DNA from: an uncultured Planctomycetaceae bacterium
Lineage (GTDB): Bacteria; Planctomycetota; Planctomycetia; Pirellulales; PALSA-1355
NCBI GenBank assembly: GCA_963785305.1
Contig: CAWAUV010000005.1
Location: 384,001-448,000 of the forward strand
Length of the DNA: 64,000 bases
Direction of reading: 5' to 3'
The notes beneath the pieces are model-generated. The model searched no databases and was not told the origin of the DNA. It worked only from the letters and a program-made list of their open reading frames with translations. The position numbers and the translations under genes are program-made. Shown here piece by piece: positions 42,094-52,824 of this stretch (its first letter is position 1; each line of letters starts with the position of its first letter).

Positions 42094-43014
42094 TCATTCG
42101 ATTGCCCGATCAATTGATCGGATTTTGATTGCGCTCTCTCCGGCTTGCTCGGCGGCGAGCGCTGCGGCGAGCCCTAGGCGATAGTTCGGGTATTCTAGTT
42201 TAACGTCGAGTTCGGCGAGCAGTCGCGCATTGGAAAGCCGCTTGTTGGCGGTGGCTCGCTCGGCGGCGGGCGAATCGGCACGCGCGGCGACGAATTGCGG
42301 CGAAGGAGCGCCGATCCGCCGGGCAACTTCTTCATAATATTCCCGCCGATTCACTGGGTGGCCATCGGACACGATATACGTGCGCGGCGGTTGGGCTCGT
42401 TCGGCGGCGAGCACGGTCCGCGCGGCGTCGTCGACATGAATCAAATTCAGCGACCCTTCGACCGGCGCCGCGAAAGGTTCGCCCGAGAGCAACTCGCGCT
42501 GCCGCGGAATTCGGCCCGGCCCATAAAGCCCCGCGAGGCGCAGCACAATCGCGCGATCGCCCACCGGCGATTCGGCTAGCAATCGCTCGGCCGCGAGGCA
42601 CGCCCGACCGCCGTGCCGCTCCGGGTTGCAAGGCGAATCTTCATCGACCACGCCGCCATCGGTTTGGCCATAAACCCCGGTCGAACTGATGTAGATAAAC
42701 CGCTCGACGCCCGCGGGCAACGCCTCGAGCGTTGCCCGCAGCCCGCGCACATAGACTTCTTCGATCGAAGGTCCGGCGGGCGCATTTCGGCGGTCGTAAC
42801 CCACGGCAAACAGCACGGTGTCGGCCAGGGGCAGCCTTGGCAAACTCTCGGGAGCGAGAATATCACCCACGAGGGCGTTCCAGCGCCGGCGAGCAAATTC
42901 GGCGGCCCGCTCATCGGACCGCGTGACGACGCACACTTCCGCGCCCGCGGCGGCCCAAAGCCGCGCAACGCGCTCGCCGAGATATCCACAGCCGAAGACG
43001 AGCTTGGTCATCAT
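42094..43014 (-). CDS. NAD-dependent epimerase/dehydratase (atypical SDR)
   Basis: FGCGYLG, YISSTGVYG, LRLAGLYGPGR, IHVDDAA. Confidence 0.9.
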   Translation of the reverse strand: MMTKLVFGCGYLGERVARLWAAAGAEVCVVTRSDERAAEFARRRWNALVGDILAPESLPRLPLADTVLFAVGYDRRNAPAGPSIEEVYVRGLRATLEALPAGVERFIYISSTGVYGQTDGGVVDEDSPCNPERHGGRACLAAERLLAESPVGDRAIVLRLAGLYGPGRIPRQRELLSGEPFAAPVEGSLNLIHVDDAARTVLAAERAQPPRTYIVSDGHPVNRREYYEEVARRIGAPSPQFVAARADSPAAERATANKRLSNARLLAELDVKLEYPNYRLGLAAALAAEQAGESAIKIRSIDRAIE

Positions 43015-43061
43015 CAATAACCACGAACTAGATGATCGATAAATGCAAATGCGGCGGAGTC

Positions 43062-43153
43062 GCCACGGAAGGACACGGAAAGCACGGAAGGGGCAGGAAT
43101 CGAGTTAACCCAACATGGTTCCGTGTGTCCGCGGTTCCGTGTCGTTCCGGGGC
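43062..43153. repeat. Inverted-repeat element built from tandem CACGGAA heptamers
   Basis: cacggaa at 43064, 43074 and 43083; complementary ttccgtg-like units at 43119, 43127, 43135 and 43145. Confidence 0.75.
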
Positions 43154-43174
43154 ACATGCGTTTGTCTTTACACG

Positions 43175-43714
43175 TTAATCGTCGAGCCCGCGCGGGGCGG
43201 TGGTCGTGGCGGGGTCGAAGGCGCCTGCTTCCAAATAGCCGGAGAGCAGGATTTGCGCGGCCAGTTTGTCGAGCCGTTCGCGGCGTTTCTTTTTAGTGAG
43301 CTTCGCCGCCGAGAGATATTCGAGCGCTTCGGCGCTGGTGAATCGCTCGTCGAAATACACGACCTCCACGCCGGTCGTCGTCGTGAGCCATTGGCCAAAC
43401 TCGCGGGCCTCGCGCGATTTTTGACTTTCGCGCCCATCGAGATGGATCGGCAGCCCGACCACGAATCGCACAACGGCCTCTTGCCTGGCTAGGTCGACGA
43501 AAAACTTGGCGTCGAGCGGCGGCGTGCGGCGGTTGTAGTTCACCAGTGGCGTGGCGATGCGCGTCTCGCTGTCGGCAATCGCCACTCCGATGCGCACCGA
43601 CCCGAAGTCGACGCCCGCCAGCCGCCCGCGCGGCAATCGATCGCTTGCGGCGGCGTGCGTGGCGGGGCGAGGCTCGTGGGCTTGCGCGCCACCCTTGACC
43701 GGTTCGTTCGTCAT
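43175..43714 (-). CDS. ruvX: YqgF/RuvX pre-16S rRNA maturation nuclease
   Basis: GVDFGSVRIGVA, VVGLP, FDERFTS, DKLAAQILL. Confidence 0.93.
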   Translation of the reverse strand: MTNEPVKGGAQAHEPRPATHAAASDRLPRGRLAGVDFGSVRIGVAIADSETRIATPLVNYNRRTPPLDAKFFVDLARQEAVVRFVVGLPIHLDGRESQKSREAREFGQWLTTTTGVEVVYFDERFTSAEALEYLSAAKLTKKKRRERLDKLAAQILLSGYLEAGAFDPATTTAPRGLDD

Positions 43715-44748
43715 GAAACAATTGCCTGCCGCTCTTCGGCGGCGGTGAAATATCCATTTCGCAGGAAGCGAAGCGTCATCGCCCGCACGCGAGGATCATC
43801 CATCATTAGAGTGTGCAGCACCGGCAAGCGGCGGAAATCGGTCGCGCCGGCGAGCCGCGTGCTTTCCACGGTGACAATCAAATCATTGTCGCCCGTCAGC
43901 AGCGGATTGTAACCCCGCGTTTGACCGCGACCGCCGGCGATCACGCCGAATTCGATCTCCGGCGCCACGAGTCGCGATTCGAGGGTCGACCAATCGCGAA
44001 TTTCATGCGCGGCGCCGAGCAGTTTGAAAGGATCGACCCGCGACAGCCACTCGGCGATGCTCGCGCCGCGATTGGGCGGCCCCAGCATCACCATGCGCCG
44101 CAGCCGCGGGTCGGGCCCGGCCAGCGAACCGGCGGCGGGGGGCGCCGCGTCGCCAAACGCGGGCGTCGCCATCGCGGGGCCATTGGCTTGCCCTGTCGCC
44201 GCCTTCGCCGCTAGGCAGTCGGCCAGATAGTGCCGCACCACGAGATTGCCCAAGCTGTGGCACACGAAATGAATCTCCTCGATCCCCTCGAGATGCCGCA
44301 GTATACTCGCGAGCGACGCCGCATGTGCCGCGATCGGCAGCCGGGTGCTCGGATAGTTGACGTTAAACGTCGTGTAGCCGCCTTCACGCGCCAAATACCG
44401 GGCCAAGCCTCGCATGCCGCGGGCCGAGCGAAGCAGGCCATGCATGACGATCACCGCCTTGCCCGACATGGGCGGCGCATGGGACTTCGCCACGAACTCC
44501 GCGAGTCGCTCGCGGCAATATTCCCAGGAGCCGCGGGCGCGGCGAATGCCCCCCGCATCGAGCAGCCGGCAGTGGCCGAGCCGAGCATGGCGCTGAATAT
44601 GCCACCCATGAAAAAACAGTTCGTCGGACCAAAACTGCGCTCCGCCGAGCGTGGGCAGGGGCAGATCGGTTCGCAGTGAACCGAGCAGCCGCGAGCCGCG
44701 GGGCGGTTGGTCGAAATCGGTGGTCAGGAGCGTCGAATCGTCGTCCAT
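43711..44748 (-). CDS. Alpha/beta hydrolase (lipase/esterase-like)
   Basis: MHGL oxyanion motif, CHSLG nucleophile elbow, GPPNRG, NDLIV, H near the C-terminus. Confidence 0.8.
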   Translation of the reverse strand: MDDDSTLLTTDFDQPPRGSRLLGSLRTDLPLPTLGGAQFWSDELFFHGWHIQRHARLGHCRLLDAGGIRRARGSWEYCRERLAEFVAKSHAPPMSGKAVIVMHGLLRSARGMRGLARYLAREGGYTTFNVNYPSTRLPIAAHAASLASILRHLEGIEEIHFVCHSLGNLVVRHYLADCLAAKAATGQANGPAMATPAFGDAAPPAAGSLAGPDPRLRRMVMLGPPNRGASIAEWLSRVDPFKLLGAAHEIRDWSTLESRLVAPEIEFGVIAGGRGQTRGYNPLLTGDNDLIVTVESTRLAGATDFRRLPVLHTLMMDDPRVRAMTLRFLRNGYFTAAEERQAIVS

Positions 44749-44776
44749 CGAGCGAAGCCTTTCGGCGCAGCGCGCC

Positions 44777-46168
44777 TCATTTCTTTTCCGCAACGACTGC
44801 TTCCACATTTTGTCCGTCGGCAAGCGATTCCGCCCGGGCGAGCACCACGGAGTCGTCGGGCTCAAGGCCCTTGAGGATTTCGACATCGCCGCCGCCGCGC
44901 GGACCGATTTCGACGCGCCTCCGCGCAATACGGCCCGACTCGACCACGCAGCACATCGATTCGGCCCCCTCGCGCACGATCGCCGCGGCCGGCAGGGTGA
45001 GCGCATCGAGACGTTGGTCGAGCACGATGGTCGCGGTCGCATACATTCCCGGTCGCAGGGCGAGATCGGCGTTCACAATATCCACTTCGACTCGCAACGA
45101 TCGATTCACCGGGTCGAGCGACCAACTGCTCCGTGTGACGCTCGCTTCGAACACGCGCTGCCCGAGCGCGGGAACGCGCACGGTCGCCTTATCGCCCCGG
45201 TCGACCAGGGCAGCCTCGATCTCGGGCGTTTCGACGAACACTCGCGCCACGCTCGCGCTCGCCACGACCAAGAGCGGCCGGGCCGACAGGGTGGCGCTCG
45301 CCGGCGGGGTTACATAGTCGCCCGGCGCCACGCCGCGGGCCGTCACCACGCCGTCGTAGGGCGCCGTGATCTTGGTGTATTCCAAGAGCGTCGCCGATTG
45401 GGCCAGGTTCGCCCGCGCGACATCGAGTCTCGCCGCGAAGGCCGCCTTGCTCGAAGTCGCCTTGCGAACCGCGACCTGGGCTTCGTGCGCCAGGGCTTTC
45501 GTCGACTGCACATTGGCCAGCGCCTCGTGGTAGGCGCCTTCGGCCCCGGCAAACTGGCTTTTGCTCTCGTCGACGAGCTTTTGCGTCACCGAGCGATCCG
45601 CGGCCAAGCCCGAATATCGGGCATGCTCGCTTCGCGATCGCTCGAAGTCGCCGCGAGCGTGAATCACGCCCGCCTCGGCCCGCGCGATGCGTGCCTCGGC
45701 AGTGTCGACCGCGGCGGCGGCGGCTTCGACATCCACCGCGGCCTCGGCCAATTCCGCTTCGGCTTGCTCGACCAGAGCTTTTTTCTGGTCGAGATCATCG
45801 TGCATTTCCGGAACCGAGAGCTCGACAAGCGTCTGCCCCTTGGTGACCGTGTCGCCGATGTCGACCAACACGGCGCCGATATAGCCGGAAATCCGGGACA
45901 CGAGCGGCGTGGTGTCGAAGGCTTCGATCTGGGCGGGCTGCGTGGTCGAGACGACGAGCGTCTTTCGCACGGGCTTGCCCACCACGACGCGAGCCCGCGG
46001 GACGCCCGGCCCATCCGCCGGCGTCCCAATGCTCCCAGACCCAATGGGCGCGGCCGGCGCGGCGCGGTTGCAACCGCTCGCCACGAGCAGCGGCGCAAAG
46101 CACGCACTAACCCACAAAGCCGGCGAGCCGAGCGCGAGCGAGCCGCGAGCGCGAAGCCTCATGAACAT
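44777..46168 (-). CDS. RND efflux periplasmic adaptor (membrane fusion protein), lipoprotein-like
   Basis: VASGC lipobox, SRISGYI..VDIGDTV, coiled coil, ITAPYDGVV, LRPGMYA. Confidence 0.9.
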   Translation of the reverse strand: MFMRLRARGSLALGSPALWVSACFAPLLVASGCNRAAPAAPIGSGSIGTPADGPGVPRARVVVGKPVRKTLVVSTTQPAQIEAFDTTPLVSRISGYIGAVLVDIGDTVTKGQTLVELSVPEMHDDLDQKKALVEQAEAELAEAAVDVEAAAAAVDTAEARIARAEAGVIHARGDFERSRSEHARYSGLAADRSVTQKLVDESKSQFAGAEGAYHEALANVQSTKALAHEAQVAVRKATSSKAAFAARLDVARANLAQSATLLEYTKITAPYDGVVTARGVAPGDYVTPPASATLSARPLLVVASASVARVFVETPEIEAALVDRGDKATVRVPALGQRVFEASVTRSSWSLDPVNRSLRVEVDIVNADLALRPGMYATATIVLDQRLDALTLPAAAIVREGAESMCCVVESGRIARRRVEIGPRGGGDVEILKGLEPDDSVVLARAESLADGQNVEAVVAEKK

Positions 46169-49100
46169 TCTCCGATCTCGGCCAAGAGGCCGGCAGCCGT
46201 GGGCACGTAGCGGGCACTGTGGGCATCCGCCGGATCAAGCGACGCGGAATCACACGCCGCGCGATTTTGCAGCCAAGTAAATACCGAGGGCAAGAAGAAG
46301 AGCGTGGCGAGCGTGGCGGCTAGCAGTCCGCCGACAACCGCTTGGCCCAGCGGCGCGTTTTGTTCGCCCGAGGCCCCGATTCCGAGCGCCATGGGAGCCA
46401 TGCCGGCGATCATGGCGCAGCTTGTCATGAGCACGGCCCGCAGGCGTCCGCTCGCCCCGGCGATGGCCGCCTCGCGACTCGAGCGACCTTCGCGGCGCAA
46501 ATCCTCGGCAAAGCTGATGAGCAAAATTGCATTGGCCATCGAAACACCGATCGCCATGATGGCGCCGATGAAGGATTGGATATTGATGGTCGAACGCGTG
46601 ACATAAAGCATCGCGACCACGCCCGCGATCACGGCCGGCGCGGTCGAGATCGCGGCCAGCGCGAGCCGCGGCGATTGAAAGCTGGCGGTGAGCACGAGAA
46701 ACACGACCACGACCGCGAGAATCAGGCCGACGGATAAACCGCTCAGCATTTCATTGAGCGGCACGATCTGGCCGCGGATTTCGGTTTTCGTTCCCTGGGG
46801 CGGCGCGCTGCGCGCACAATCGCCGCCTCGACCGCTCGCGCCACGCTGCCCAGATCGGCGCCGGCGATGTTGGCCGTGAGCGTCACTTGGCGCCGCATAT
46901 TATAGCGATCGTATTGACCGGGCATGGTCGCGGATTCGATCGTCGCGACATCGCGCACCAGCACTTGCTTCTCGGCGGAACGACGGACCGGCAAGCGGCC
47001 CAACTCCTCGGCGGTTGCGATCGGGCGGGCGCGGTCGTCGGCAGAGCGAATCAGCGGGCGTGGAATCTCGACCTGCACTTGATAGGCGATGCCGGATTTC
47101 GGATCGGCCCAATAATTCGGGGCGACGAAGCGGCTCGACGAAGTGGCCGGCACGATCGCCCGCGCCACATCGCTGGGCGTCACTCCCGCGAGACCGGCTT
47201 TTTCGCGGTCGATCTGGACTTCGATCGTCGGATAATCGAGCGATTGGCCGAATTCGATATCGCGCAGCGCCGAAATCGTCGTCAGCTCGCGGCGGATTTT
47301 TTCGGCGCAGTGCCGCGCATCGGCCAAGCTCGTGCCGCTCACGGCCACTTCGATGGGCGTCGGCGAGCCGAAACTCATCACTTCGTTCACGATGTCCGAG
47401 GGCTCGAACGACACGCGCAGCTCGGGAATCTTGGCCGCGACGCGCTGCCGCAAGCGTTCTTGCAGCGGCTCGATCCGAATGCCGCTCCCGGGACGCAGCG
47501 CGATATAAAAAATAGCTTCCTCGGGTCCGCGCGACCATTGATAAACGGCATTGATCGGAAAATTCGAATGGATCATGCCGACGTAGCCGAGCGAAAGCGA
47601 GATGTTTTCCGGTCCGACTTCATCGCGCACCAGTTCGAGCAGCGCGAGCGAGTAACGCTCGGAGCGAGCGATATGGGCGCCATCGGGCGCTCGCATCCGC
47701 ATTCGGAACTGGCCGGCGTCGACCACCGGAAACAGTTCTCGCCCCAATCGCGGACCACACCAGCCGATCACGATCGCCACCGTGAGCAAATAGATCGCCA
47801 GCGAGCGCCACCTCGCGCCGACGAGTCGCGATAAGCCGTCTTCATAGCGGCGGCGAAGCCTCGAGAACAACGAGCGTTGGTCGTCGCGATGCGCCTCGGT
47901 GCGCGAAGCAGCCACACGCACATCACCGGCACGAACGTGCTCGAAAGCAAATAGGAGCCGATCATCGCCAATCCGACCGCGAGCGCCAGCGGGGCAAAGA
48001 GCCCTTGCGCGGCGCCTCGCATGAAAAACGCCGGAATAAACACCGCGAGAATGCAGACCATGGCCAAGAAACGCGGCCGCGCGGTTTGGGCGTTGCCGAG
48101 CCGCACCGCGAGCGCCACCGAGGGCGTTTGACGCATGCGCGCATGAATGTTTTCCAACTCGACCGTCGCTTCGTCGACAAGAATGCCGATCGCCAGGGTC
48201 AGACCGCCAAGGGTCATGATATTGATCGTTTGCCCGGCGAGCCATAAGCCCGCCACGGCGAAGCACAGCGCCAAGGGAATCGTCAGCACCACGATCAGCG
48301 CGCTTCGCCCGTCGCGCAAAAACACGAGCATCATCAGACCGACCAATAGTGCGCCGAGCGCGCCCTCGCGCGCGACGCTCGACACGGCTTGGGTCACATA
48401 GGGCGATTGATCGAACTCGAAGCTGACATGAATTCCCGGCGGAAGCACCGCCTGCATTTCGGGCAACGCCTTCTTGATGTTTTCAATGACGCGCATCGTC
48501 GAGGCGTCGGAACGCTTGGTCGCCAAGATATAAATCGCCCTGCGGCCATTGACCAGCGCATAGCCGGCCGGGGCATCGGCCGAATCGGTCACATAGCCGA
48601 TATCGCGAATGTAAACCGGCGCCGCGCCGCCGCGAATCGGAATCGATGCGAACTGCCGCGGGTCCTTGATCACCGAATTGACCGACACGATCGGATACGA
48701 GTCGTCCACCAGCAAATTCCCCGACGGACTGATCGTGTTGCCCAAGGCCAGGGCGCCGACAATCTCCTCGGGCGACATGTGGTAGGCCTGCAATCGCTCG
48801 GGGTCGACCGTGATCACGATCGAACGCGCGCTTTCCGCCGAAGGGCGGCGGCGCCGAGACTCCCGGCAGGCTGGCGAACATCGGCCGCACGCGAAACAAC
48901 GCCAGGTCTTGAATCTCGGCAATGGTGCGAGTTTCGCTCGAGAGCACCAGATAGCCGACAGGCACGCTGCCGGTATCGAACCGCATGACGAACGGCGAGA
49001 CCGTGCCCGGCGGCATGAACGCCTGCGAACGATTGACGTAGTTGATCGTTTCGGCCATGGCCTGGGCCATGTTCGTGCCCGGATGAAAATAGAGTTTCAT

Positions 49101-49421
49101 CAAGGCGGTTCCCTGCACATTGCGCGATTCAACATGATGAATGCCGCTGATGTAGAGGAAGTGGTATTCGTAATAGTTCGTGAGAAAGCCTTCCATCTGG
49201 GCGGGGTCCATGCCACCGTAGGGCTGGCAGACATAAATGACCGGCAGGTTGAGGCTGGGAAACACGTCGACATCCATGCCGCGCGGCAGGGCCGTCGGAT
49301 AAGGCAATCCCCACTGCTGGCAGACCGAACTACCGACGGCTAGCATCGCGCCGAGCGATATGCCCAAGACCATGACCAGCACGGTAAAGGGCCGGCGAAG
49401 CGCGAATACAATGGGGTTCAT
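46159..49421 (-). CDS. RND efflux transporter permease (AcrB family; frameshifts near 48835, 47900 and 46810)
   Basis: [42 protein letters not shown] across four ORFs. Confidence 0.88.
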
Positions 49422-49460
49422 CGAAGAGTTCTCGATTACGGCGCCGGTCGGCAACACCGT

Positions 49461-49500
49461 TCTCTCTCCCCCTTCGGGGCAAGAGCAGGGGGAAGGGGGC
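49461..49500 (-). repeat. Degenerate copy of the CCCTCTCCC/GGGAGAGGG palindrome family
   Basis: Minus strand reads cccccttccccctgctcttgccccgaagggggagagag. Confidence 0.45.
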
Positions 49501-49848
49501 TAAACTTTCGGAAGGGCCTTGCACGAAGACGGCCTCGGATCGCGGGGCAAGCTCCCTTCGATTCTCGACTGCCGCGCCGGGGTTCGCAACCCGGCGACCA
49601 GGGCGTCTTCGGCGAATAGCGTCGCCAGCGGGCGCCGCGGCACGAATGCACCCAAACATCCCAGTCGCCGCAATCGCTATTTTCGTTAAACTCCGGCGCC
49701 GATGGCAGTCGATGAAAATCGAACGGCGCGTTCGGTGGCGGTGGAAGCCGACTCGGTGTCGAAATGTTTTCCTAAATAGCCGCGGCATCGCAAGCAGATT
49801 CCGGGGGCGCGACAAACGTTGGCTCGAAATCGCTTTTTGCCGCGAATC

Positions 49849-51641
49849 ATGATGTTTTTGCCGCTTTTGGCCACGGCCGGCTGCGCGCTCGAGGCCAAGC
49901 GAACGGCGCCCGGCGTGGCGTCGACCGAAGCGCTCGCGGCGCGTTCGCAGGCCGCCCCGGCGCTGCAGGCCCCGGCTGGCCCAGCGGCCTCGCCCGCTCC
50001 TCCGCTCGCGATGCCTGCCGCTGAGTCCGCCGCGGCGGCGATGCCGGGCTTTGCGCCGGCCGGTTTTTATTCAACTTCCGCGGCAATCGGGAGCCCGGCC
50101 CCGACCGGCGTCGCGCCCGACGCGAGCGCCGCCAGCCTCGTTGCCGCCCCGAGCCATCAGCTCGCGCCGCGCCCGATGATGCCGCCTCCCAAGTCGACCG
50201 AGGCCGGAGCCGCGGTGACCCCAGCGGAAACGGTTCCCGCGCCCACGCCATCGCCCGCCGCAACCACGCCAACGCCGGTCACGATCGTTCCGCAAGCGGG
50301 CAAAACATCGCCGCCAGTCGCCGGGCCGAGCAATCGCCCCGACGCGCTGCCGATCGACTTGCCGACCGCATTGCAACTGGCCGACGCCAAGGATTATCAG
50401 GTGCTTTTCGCGCGAGCGAATTCGTCAAGCGTGGGCTCAATCGCAAGCGGCCAATGTCCTGTGGCTCCCATCGATCAATCTCGGGGCGGGCTACAACAAT
50501 CACCAGGGCGAGATTCAACAGGTTGAAGGCGCGGTCAACCCCACGGCCCGCGGGAATTTCTATGGCGGCTTCGGCGCGCTGGTCCCGGGCGCCGCGTCGC
50601 CGACGATTCCAGGCATTTATGCGAATTTCCGCCTCTCGGAGGCGCTTTTCAAACCCTTGGCTGCCCGCCAAACCGCCAACGCCCGACGCTTTGCCGCCGC
50701 CGCGGCGACCAACGATCAACTGCTTCGCGTGTCGCTTGCCTATATCGAATTGCTGCGGGCCTCGGCCGAACTGGCGATCGCTCTCGAGGCACGCGACAAT
50801 GCTCGCCAGTTGGCCGATCTAACCGCGAGTTATGCCCGTCGTGGACAGGGCTTGCAGTCCGACGCCGAACGCACCAAGACCGAACTCGGCATTCGAGAAA
50901 ACGACGTCAGCCGGGCCCGGGTCGGCGCTCCAGATTGCCTCGGCGCGGCTTGCGCAGCCGCTGCGACTCGACGCCACGGTGCTGCTGCATCCCGCCGAGC
51001 CGAATGTGACGCCGATCGAGCTAACTTCGCCCGACACTGCAGTGGGCGAGCTGGTGGGGCAAGGACTCGCGGCGCGTCCGGAACTCGCCGAGAACCGAGC
51101 CTTGGTCGCCGCCGCGGTGGCCCGCATGCGTCAGGAGCGTTATGCGGTGTTCATGCCGAGTATTTTGCTGGGCGCGAGTTACGGAGCGTTTGGCGGCGGC
51201 ATGAACTCGACGATCGCTAGTGTCGGCAATCGCATGGACGCCGACGCCGTGGCGTATTGGCAGGTGCGGAATCTGGGATTCGGCGAAGTCGCGGCTCGCC
51301 GAGAGACGCAATCGCTGACCGAGCAGGCAAACATACAACGGCTCTTGGCGATGGATGTCGTGGCACGAGAGATCGTCGAAGCCCAAGCCGAGGTCGCGGC
51401 CGGTCGCGATCAGATTCGCGCGGTGCGCGGTGCGCTCGACGCGGCGCGCTCGTCGCACCGACTGAATCTCGAACGCATCGAACATGCGCAAGGTTTGCCG
51501 ATCGAAGCGCTGCAATCGGTGCAAGCGCTGGCCCTGGCCCAGCGTGAATATTTGCGGGCACTGACTGAAAACAACAACGCGCAGTTCAAGCTGCATCGCG
51601 CTTTGGGATGGCCGTCGAAACCGCGCGACGCCGAGTCGTGA
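49849..51641 (+). CDS. TolC-family outer-membrane efflux lipoprotein with Pro/Ala-rich N-terminus (frameshifts near 50415 and 50920)
   Basis: LATAGC lipobox, PIDLPTALQLA, AYIELLRA, RPEL, NNAQFKLHRALG. Confidence 0.82.
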
Positions 51642-51661
51642 TCGCGGGGCGAGCGCCGCGG

Positions 51662-52747
51662 TTACAGATGTTCGCCCCAGCCGCGCTCGGCGAGCAGTTT
51701 CACGACTTTACGGATCGATTCTTCGTCGTGCTTGTTCGCCACCAGCGTGGCGTCGCCCGCGTGAACGACGATTATGTCTTGGAGGCCGAGCGTGACGATC
51801 AGATGTTCGCTCGGGCCGCGCACGATGCATCCCTTGGAATCGACACCGAGGTGTTTGCCGACCACGGTGTTACCGTGCTCGTCGGCGCCTTGCAGGCGGC
51901 CCATGGCTTGCCAGCTTCCGACATCGTCCCAGCCAAAGGGCGCTTCGAGCACCACCACATCGCGGGCATGCTCCATCACCGCATAGTCGATCGACACGCC
52001 CCGGATGGCGGAAAACTCGCGCTCGAGCGTGGCGGCGTAATCGGGCGAGCCTTCGGCGGCGTCGATCTTGGCCAAATGGGCGTGCATCTCGGGTTGATGT
52101 TCGGAGAGCGCGTCGAGAATGGTGCGCGCTCGCCAGACAAAGATGCCCGAATTCCAGTAGAAGCGACCGCTGGCCAGATATTCGCGAGCCGTTTCGGCTT
52201 TCGGCTTTTCTCGAAATTGCACGACGACAAATGGTCGTAGCGACCCGGCCGGAGCATTTTCGATCGCCGCGCCCCGCTCAATGTAGCCGAAGATCTCGGC
52301 CGGATAGCTCGGTTTGATGCCGAAGGTGACGATCCGACCGGGAGCCTGGGCCACGAGCTCGGCCGCTCGTGAGATGGCTTCTTGAAACACGGCGTCGGGG
52401 CTGATCACATGGTCCGATGGCATCACGGCCATCACCGCCTCGGGATCGCGGCGAAGCAATTTGAAGGCGGCCAGGCCGATGCACGCCCCCGTGTCGCGCT
52501 TGCAGGGTTCGCCCAAGATCGCGTCGTGGGGCAGTTCGGGCAACTGCGAGCGGATCGCATCGATGAGCCGGTTGTTGGCGGCGATCAGCACCCGGCCGCG
52601 CGGAATGAGCCCGGTCAGGCGATCGACCGTGGTTTGCAGCATCGTGCGCTCGCCGACGAGCGCGAGTAACTGCTTGGGCCGCGCGTCACGACTTTCGGGC
52701 CAAAAACGCGTGCCGGACCCACCGGCCATTACCACTGCATGCAACAT
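51662..52747 (-). CDS. manC: Mannose-1-phosphate guanylyltransferase
   Basis: MAGGSGTRFWPESR..PKQ, EPCKRDT, PSDH, FREKP, WNSGIF, SIDYAVME, WDDVGSW. Confidence 0.93.
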   Translation of the reverse strand: MLHAVVMAGGSGTRFWPESRDARPKQLLALVGERTMLQTTVDRLTGLIPRGRVLIAANNRLIDAIRSQLPELPHDAILGEPCKRDTGACIGLAAFKLLRRDPEAVMAVMPSDHVISPDAVFQEAISRAAELVAQAPGRIVTFGIKPSYPAEIFGYIERGAAIENAPAGSLRPFVVVQFREKPKAETAREYLASGRFYWNSGIFVWRARTILDALSEHQPEMHAHLAKIDAAEGSPDYAATLEREFSAIRGVSIDYAVMEHARDVVVLEAPFGWDDVGSWQAMGRLQGADEHGNTVVGKHLGVDSKGCIVRGPSEHLIVTLGLQDIIVVHAGDATLVANKHDEESIRKVVKLLAERGWGEHL

Positions 52748-52824
52748 TTCGCTGGACTCGAAGTTTCCATGGCGCGGGCGCTATTCCAAAACTCTATTTC
52801 AATAGTCGTCTTCGAAAAAATCGC

